Under the pieces are notes generated by a model that saw only the letters and a program-made list of their open reading frames with translations, was not told where the DNA came from and ran no database searches. Positions 58,356 to 64,000 of a stretch of 64,000 nucleotides of DNA are shown here, piece after piece. The translations under genes were made by a program, and so were the position numbers. Every line of letters starts with the position of its first letter. The stretch's first letter is position 1. This DNA is from Myxococcota bacterium (GTDB lineage Bacteria; Myxococcota_A; UBA9160; JAFDDA01): contig OZ245817.1 in NCBI GenBank assembly GCA_965228475.1, positions 2,944,001 through 3,008,000 on the forward strand, read 5' to 3'.

Positions 58356-59056
58356 CAGGCCTTGGCCACGCGGGCCGTCCGGGGCCCGCTCGTCGCGCGG
58401 TTGCGCAGGTCGTCCTTGAGCTCGGTCGCGAACAGGTCGACCGTGCCGACGACGTCGCGCAGCTGGCCGACGAACTGGTTGTAGAAGATCGTCGCGGGGA
58501 TGGCGGCGACCAGACCGACGGCCGTGGCCACGAGCGCCTCCGCGATACCCGGGGCGACCACGGCGAGGCTCGCCGTCCCGGTGGCCGCGATGCCGGTGAA
58601 GGCGTCGATGATGCCGATCACGGTTCCGAACAGGCCGATGAAGGGCGTCGCGCTGCCGGTCGTCGCGAGGAACGGCAGGCCGCGCTCGAGGCCCGAGATC
58701 GCGCGCGCCGCGGTCCAATCGACGTGACGGCAGATCCCGGTGATCTGCTCCTCGGAGATCTCCCGGCCGGGCCCGGTGGCGTACTTGGCCAACCGGTTCA
58801 GCTGGACGTAGCCCTGGAGATAGGTCGCCGCGGCGGGCGAGCGCTCGAGCCGCCGGGCCGCCTCGTAGGCCGATTCGAAGGCCCCTTCGTGATAGACCCC
58901 GACGAAGGCCTCGCTATCCTGCTGCGCGCGGCGAAGCTCGCGCCACTTGTAGAGGATCAGTGCCCAGGACGTGACGGAGAACAACGCCAGCAGGACCAGC
59001 ACGAGCTTAACGATGAGAGACGCCTGGAGAACCAGGTCGACGATGTCCAGGCTCAC
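58355..59056 (-). CDS. tolQ: TolQ
   Basis: PFIGLFGTVIGI, VAPGIAEALVATAVGLVAAIPA. Confidence 0.92.
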   Translation of the reverse strand: MSLDIVDLVLQASLIVKLVLVLLALFSVTSWALILYKWRELRRAQQDSEAFVGVYHEGAFESAYEAARRLERSPAAATYLQGYVQLNRLAKYATGPGREISEEQITGICRHVDWTAARAISGLERGLPFLATTGSATPFIGLFGTVIGIIDAFTGIAATGTASLAVVAPGIAEALVATAVGLVAAIPATIFYNQFVGQLRDVVGTVDLFATELKDDLRNRATSGPRTARVAKA

Positions 59057-59268
59057 GAGACGGCCCCCCACACAGGCGTCGGCCGGTACTCTTCGAGCCC
59101 GGGAGCGACGCGCCATCACCCATGGCCTCGCGAAGCGAGCAAATTAGGCAAGCCCCTAGGTGACTTCAACCGATCCCCGGATCGATGGAGAGTGCTCAGT
59201 AGAACCGATCGGCCCGCGGTGGCGATCGCAGTCAAACCGGGAAGGATCCCGGACAAGAGAGGAATCCC

Positions 59269-60804
59269 ATGAAGGTCTCGGTCGCCCGTCAGACGGCGAA
59301 GAAGCTCGGCAGCATCGCGGTGGACGTCCTGGCCCTGCCCGTCCCGGAACTGCCCGAGAAGGGCTGGCGGCTGCCGGCCGCCGTGGCGGCTCTCGACAAG
59401 GCCCTCGGCGGCACCCTGACCGCCGCCGTGGCGGCGGGCGACTTCCGCGGCAAGCGCGGGCAGAGCCACCTGGCCTACGGCACCGGGCGGGTGAAGGCCA
59501 AGCGCGTGCTGCTCGTGGGCCTGGGCGGCGCCGACCGGCCCGACACCGAGAGCCTGCGCGGCATCGGTGGCGAAGCCGTGCGCACCGCCTTGCGCAACGG
59601 CGGAACCCGCGTGGCCGCCCTCTCGCCCCAGGGCCGCGGCCTCGAGCCCGGCGCCGTGGCCCAGGCCCTCGCCGAAGGCGCGACCCTCGGCCACTACCGC
59701 TTCGACCGCTACCAGACGCTCGGGGCGAAGAAGAAGAGCAAGGGCGTCGCGGCCTGCACGCTCTACTTCGAGAACGAGAAGGGCATCGCCAAGGCCAAGG
59801 CCGGCGCGAAGGCCGGCCAGGTGATCGGCGAGAGCCAGAACGTCGCCCGCGACCTCTCGAACGAGCCCGGCGGCGACCTGCCGCCCGAGGCGCTCGCCAA
59901 GGAAGCGGGACGCGTCGCCAAGGAGGCCGGCCTGCGCTTCAAGGCCTTCGGCGTCCCGGAGCTCAAGAAGCGCAAGATGGGCGGCATCCTGGCCGTCGGT
60001 GGCGGAAGCTCGCGCCCCCCGCGCCTGATCGTCATGGAGCACGGCCGCAAGGCCAAGGGGAGCCGGGGCCGGCCCACCGTCGTCCTCGTCGGCAAGGGCA
60101 TCACCTTCGACTCGGGCGGCATCTCGATCAAGCCGAGCGCGGCCATGGACGAGATGAAGCACGACATGGGCGGCGCCGCAGCCGTCGTGGGCGCCATGCG
60201 GGCCGTGGGGCTCCTCGACCTGCCCCTCCACGTGGTTGGGCTGATTCCGGCCGCCGAGAACCTCCCGAGCGCCACCGCCTACCGCCCCGGGGACGTCGTG
60301 AAGACTTCCGCCGGAACCACCATCGAAGTCCTGAATACGGACGCCGAAGGGCGCGTCGTACTCTCGGATGCCCTCCACTACGGGCGGACGGAGTTCGAGC
60401 CGGACGCCATGGTGGACCTGGCGACCCTGACCGGGGCCGCCGTGATCGGCCTCGGGCCGTGGGCGACGGCGATGATGGGCAGTGACGAAAAGCTGGCCGA
60501 GCGCATTCATCTGGCAGGGGAGTCCTGCGGAGAACGCGTCTGGCAGCTGCCCTTGTGGGAGGAGCACCGGGAGCACATCCGGAGCCAGGTGGCGGACATC
60601 AAGAACACGGGGGGCCGCGAAGGCGGAACCATCACGGCCGCCGCGTTCCTGTCGTACTTCACCGAGGGCACGCCCTGGGTGCACCTCGACATCGCCGCCA
60701 CCGCCTGGACCAAGAAGAGCACGCCCACCCAGCCCTTCGGGGCGACGGGCGTCGGGGTCCGGCTGCTCGTGGAGTTCCTCCGCCACTACCGCTCGGGGCG
60801 CTAG
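59269..60804 (+). CDS. pepA: Leucyl aminopeptidase (M17)
   Basis: GKGITFDSGG, MKHDMGG, NTDAEGR, DLATLTGA, HLDIA. Confidence 0.96.
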   Translation: MKVSVARQTAKKLGSIAVDVLALPVPELPEKGWRLPAAVAALDKALGGTLTAAVAAGDFRGKRGQSHLAYGTGRVKAKRVLLVGLGGADRPDTESLRGIGGEAVRTALRNGGTRVAALSPQGRGLEPGAVAQALAEGATLGHYRFDRYQTLGAKKKSKGVAACTLYFENEKGIAKAKAGAKAGQVIGESQNVARDLSNEPGGDLPPEALAKEAGRVAKEAGLRFKAFGVPELKKRKMGGILAVGGGSSRPPRLIVMEHGRKAKGSRGRPTVVLVGKGITFDSGGISIKPSAAMDEMKHDMGGAAAVVGAMRAVGLLDLPLHVVGLIPAAENLPSATAYRPGDVVKTSAGTTIEVLNTDAEGRVVLSDALHYGRTEFEPDAMVDLATLTGAAVIGLGPWATAMMGSDEKLAERIHLAGESCGERVWQLPLWEEHREHIRSQVADIKNTGGREGGTITAAAFLSYFTEGTPWVHLDIAATAWTKKSTPTQPFGATGVGVRLLVEFLRHYRSGR

Positions 60805-60973
60805 CGCGGCCCGGGCCATCCGCGCGAAGGCCGCGCGGGGTTTCGACGGTCCGTTCCGTGCCCGCCCGGCACGAGGCGTTCCGCCACGTTTGACGCGAAA
60901 ACGGCTGGAGCTACAGTCCGGCCGCCTCTAACCCGGTGCCACGAGAACAAGCCGGGAGACCCAAGGAGACCTC

Positions 60974-61357
60974 ATGACTCGTTCCATTGCTCGCTCCGCG
61001 CTCTTCGCCCTCGCCGCCGGCGCCTTCCTCGCGGCCCCCGCGGCCCTGGCTGGCGATGCGGCCGCCGGCAAGGCCAAGTACGACATGTTCTGCGGCTCGT
61101 GCCACGGCGCCACCGGCAAGGGCGACGGCCCCGTCGGCGGCTCCTTGAACCCGAAGCCCCGCGACTTCTCCATCGGCGACTTCAAGATCGACGCCGACAA
61201 GGACGGCAAGGCCGGCACCGACGCCGACCTCACCCTCGTCATCAAGAACGGCGCCGGCGCCTACGGCGGCTCGCCGATGATGGCGCCCTGGGGTGCGACG
61301 CTCTCCGAGGCCGACCTCGACAACATGGTCGCCTTCGTCCGCAGCCTGAAGAAGTAG
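60974..61357 (+). CDS. Monoheme cytochrome c
   Basis: Signal peptide, CGSCH, distal Met (MMAPW). Confidence 0.9.
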   Translation: MTRSIARSALFALAAGAFLAAPAALAGDAAAGKAKYDMFCGSCHGATGKGDGPVGGSLNPKPRDFSIGDFKIDADKDGKAGTDADLTLVIKNGAGAYGGSPMMAPWGATLSEADLDNMVAFVRSLKK

Positions 61358-61380
61358 CGACGCCTTCGTCGCGAAACCCG

Positions 61381-61414
61381 AACGGGGCCGGCGCGCTGCG
61401 CTGGCCCCGTTTTT
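61381..61414 (+). terminator. Intrinsic terminator after the cytochrome c gene
   Basis: AACGGGGCCGGCGC-GCT-GCGCTGGCCCCGTT followed by a T run. Confidence 0.7.
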
Positions 61415-61436
61415 CGTTGCTACCCTCCCCCCTCGC

Positions 61437-62429
61437 GTGAGTGATCCCAAGCCCGAGGGCGACGCCGAAGACCCCACCGACGCCACGGACGCTGCGGAGG
61501 CGCTGCCCGCCGTCCCCGAGCGCGGCTTCACCCTGCCCGCCCGGCCGACGAGCGACGAGTCCGGCCTCGAGCGCGTCGACGCGCTCACACGCTACACGGC
61601 GGAGCTCGCGAACCACCCGCCGATCTCCCGCGAGGAAGAGCACGCCCTCGCCGTCCGCTTCCAGGATCACGGCGACGCGGAGGCCGGCCAGCGCCTCGTG
61701 CTCTCGAACCTGCGGCTCGTCGTGAAGATCGCCATGGAGTACCGGCGCGCCTGGACCCAGGTGCTCGACTTGATCCAGGAGGGCAACGTCGGCCTCGTGA
61801 AGGCCGTCGAGCGCTTCGACCCCTACGCCGGAACCAAGCTCTCGACCTACGCGGCGTACTGGATCCGCGCCTACGTCCTGAAGTACCTGCTCGACAACAT
61901 CCGCATGGTGCGGCTCGGGACGACCCGCGCCCAGCGCAAGCTCTTCTTCCGCCTGAACAAGGAGAAGCGCGCCCTCGAAGCCGAGGGGTTCAAGGTCGAG
62001 CCGAAGATGATCGCCGAGCGGCTCGACGTGAGCGAAGAAGACGTCATCGAGATGGAGCAGCGGCTCTCGGGCTCGGACCTCTCGATGGAAGCGCCGGCGC
62101 GACGCGACGACGAGGGCGGCGCGAGCTTCGGCGACTTCGTGCGCGCCGAGTCCGTCAGCGCGGAGGACGCCGTCGGCGATGCGGAGCTCCGGCAGGTCTT
62201 CCTCGAGCAGGTCGACGCCTTCCGCGAGACCCTGGACGAACGCGAGCAGAAGATCGTCACCGAGCGGCTGCTCTCCGACGAGCCGCGCACCCTCGCCGAG
62301 ATCGGCGAGGACCTCGGCGTCACCCGGGAACGCGTCCGCCAGCTCGAGGCGCGCATCGTCGAGCGGCTGCGCGAGCACCTGCGCGAGAAGCTCGTCGACT
62401 TCGAGATCTACGCCCCTGAAGCGGACTGA
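61437..62429 (+). CDS. rpoH: RNA polymerase sigma factor, RpoH/sigma-32 family
   Basis: NLRLVVKIA, DLIQEGNVGL, RpoH box AQRKLFFRL, TRERVRQLE. Confidence 0.88.
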   Translation: MSDPKPEGDAEDPTDATDAAEALPAVPERGFTLPARPTSDESGLERVDALTRYTAELANHPPISREEEHALAVRFQDHGDAEAGQRLVLSNLRLVVKIAMEYRRAWTQVLDLIQEGNVGLVKAVERFDPYAGTKLSTYAAYWIRAYVLKYLLDNIRMVRLGTTRAQRKLFFRLNKEKRALEAEGFKVEPKMIAERLDVSEEDVIEMEQRLSGSDLSMEAPARRDDEGGASFGDFVRAESVSAEDAVGDAELRQVFLEQVDAFRETLDEREQKIVTERLLSDEPRTLAEIGEDLGVTRERVRQLEARIVERLREHLREKLVDFEIYAPEAD

Positions 62430-62773
62430 GGGCCGGCAGACGCCGCGGGAGCCGGGCGCCCGAGACCGTCATGGGCCTCCGCGTGGAGTGCGGCGAGCCA
62501 GGCGGCGTCGTCCGAGGAAAGCGACGCGAGCCGCGCCTTGCGCTCGAGACGGGGCAGCGCGGAGAAGGCCTGGGCCTTCCAGCCCCGGAGCGGCCGCTTC
62601 TCGAGGCGGCCGAGGATCCCGAGCAGGCGCCGCACGGCCCCTTCCCCCCGGCGTGCGAGGCAAGCCTCCAGGGCCGGCGCGATGTCTGCGACGGGCGCGC
62701 CGGCGGCCGGCGGACAGAGGGCATCGGCCACGTTGTAGAAAGCCCGATGCGCGGCGGCCGGGAGCCGGTTCAT
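62408..62773 (-). CDS. Hypothetical protein
   Basis: MNRLPAAAH..; ATGA overlap with the upstream gene. Confidence 0.55.
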   Translation of the reverse strand: MNRLPAAAHRAFYNVADALCPPAAGAPVADIAPALEACLARRGEGAVRRLLGILGRLEKRPLRGWKAQAFSALPRLERKARLASLSSDDAAWLAALHAEAHDGLGRPAPAASAGPQSASGA

Positions 62774-63657
62774 CCGTTTCCCCTCGAGAGTCTTGCCCGG
62801 ATCGCCTCGGCCCAGGCCGGGTCGAAGGTGAAGGCGTGCATCACGAGCATACCGACCGTGAGGCCCGGGAACGCGAACAGTGCCAGGAGGGCGAGCTGCA
62901 GACCGACCCCCATGGCCCATGCCAGGGGCCGCGTCGCCCGGAAGAGCGCGAGCAGCGGGAAGACCAGCTCGACGCCGAGACCGGCCCACGTCGCCGCGCG
63001 CTGGAGACCGCGCGGGAGGGCGAACAGGAGCTGGGCCGCCCACTCCCGCGCGTACGGCAGCCCCGCGGCGGCCGAGAGGGCATCGCCCTGGCGCCAGCCC
63101 GGGCTCGCGAGCTTGTCGAACCCCGCGAGCCCATAGCCCGCGGCGAGCACCACCCAGGCCCCGACGAAGAGCGCTCGGGGGACCCGCCCGCCTTCGGGCC
63201 GCGCCGGGCTCCGCCCGAACGGACGCCAGGGTTCCCCGGGCGGAACGAGTGCCGACGCCAGCAGGAGCCAGCCGAGAAACGGCGCCGCCACGGTCTGGGT
63301 CTGCGGCGCCGCGTGCCCGAGGCAGACCCAGCCGTACCAGAGGAGGACGGCGGCCGTCGGCCGCCAGACGCCGGCGGCCAGAGCCAGGGAGAGAACCCCC
63401 ATTCCGGCGAGCCAGGCCCGGGCGACCGCCGGCTCCGCCGGGAAGGGGCTCGGCAGCACCCCGGCAAGGCCCCCCGCGCCGAGGCTCGGAATCCCGTCCT
63501 TCGAGAAGAGCTCCGCCGCGTGGGGGAACCAGGCGGCGAGCTGGAGCGCGAGAGCCAAGCCCAGGAGGATCCGGAAGGCCGCGAACGCGTGGGGCCCGGA
63601 GCGGCCGGCCAGCGCGACCCCGGGAGCCGGGACCGACGTCTCCCTCACGGCGCGCAC
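62770..63657 (-). CDS. HTTM-like multi-pass membrane protein
   Basis: AFRILLG, YGLAGFDKL..WRQGDAL, several TMs. Confidence 0.7.
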   Translation of the reverse strand: MRAVRETSVPAPGVALAGRSGPHAFAAFRILLGLALALQLAAWFPHAAELFSKDGIPSLGAGGLAGVLPSPFPAEPAVARAWLAGMGVLSLALAAGVWRPTAAVLLWYGWVCLGHAAPQTQTVAAPFLGWLLLASALVPPGEPWRPFGRSPARPEGGRVPRALFVGAWVVLAAGYGLAGFDKLASPGWRQGDALSAAAGLPYAREWAAQLLFALPRGLQRAATWAGLGVELVFPLLALFRATRPLAWAMGVGLQLALLALFAFPGLTVGMLVMHAFTFDPAWAEAIRARLSRGNG

Positions 63658-64000
63658 ACGAGGAAGGCCTCGCCGAGGGGCTCGTCGTTGGCGAGCGCGC
63701 TCTGGTTCACGACGCGAACGCGAACCACCTCCTCCTCGACGCCGAGGGCGCGCGCAGCGGGCCCACGGCGGCAGAAACCGAAGCGCAGCAGCCCGTGGTC
63801 GGGGTCGGTGCCCGGGAGGCCCGCATACATCGCCGCGTGGGCGTAGGCGGCCATGCGGACGACGGGGCCGTCGAATGCGGCGCCGAAGTTCCGATCGATC
63901 GCGAACTCGCGAACGCTGCCGTCGGCCAGCACGAGCTCGACGCGCGCGCGCCGCGCGAAGGTGTCGATGCCCTGACTGTTGCGAAAAACGCGGGGCAGTG
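63645..64000 (-). CDS. Hypothetical protein, 5'-truncated by the window edge
   Basis: Open frame running to the end of the window, co-directional with the HTTM-like gene. Confidence 0.5.
   Translation of the reverse strand, partial: LPRVFRNSQGIDTFARRARVELVLADGSVREFAIDRNFGAAFDGPVVRMAAYAHAAMYAGLPGTDPDHGLLRFGFCRRGPAARALGVEEEVVRVRVVNQSALANDEPLGEAFLVCAP

Overview
High-GC bacterial chromosomal window; the gene content suggests a Myxococcota/deltaproteobacteria-like organism (inference only). Left part (1-23 kb): a biotin-dependent acyl-CoA carboxylase pair, an ECF sigma factor with back-to-back promoters, a putative zinc-limitation cluster (degenerate COG0523, flavoprotein, methyltransferase, rpmB), a glycine-methylation betaine operon (GSMT-SDMT-BCCT) with an EctR-like MarR, and a BlaI/M56/TonB-dependent receptor operon. 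Centre (23-35 kb): an accessory hotspot around tmRNA (ssrA, 31624-31989, minus strand). Downstream of ssrA are two extra copies of its 3' end (28948-28976 and 26457-26482). They delimit ~2.5-2.7 kb integrase-free cassettes that share IHF-like and arm-like junction motifs. One cassette carries TetR + methyltransferase + a fused HgcAB-like corrinoid/ferredoxin protein; the other carries LysR + a Tat-signal LigW-like decarboxylase. Upstream of ssrA, a 71-bp direct repeat brackets a lower-GC insert encoding an ABC ATPase + TOPRIM-like pair (candidate defence system). Right part (35-64 kb): secreted proteins, a sigma54 two-component system, smpB, panBCD with an attenuator-like leader, rsmA, tsaD, dksA, tolQRAB-cpoB (no pal), pepA, a cytochrome c and an rpoH-like sigma factor. 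All family calls are motif recognition by eye; no searches were run.
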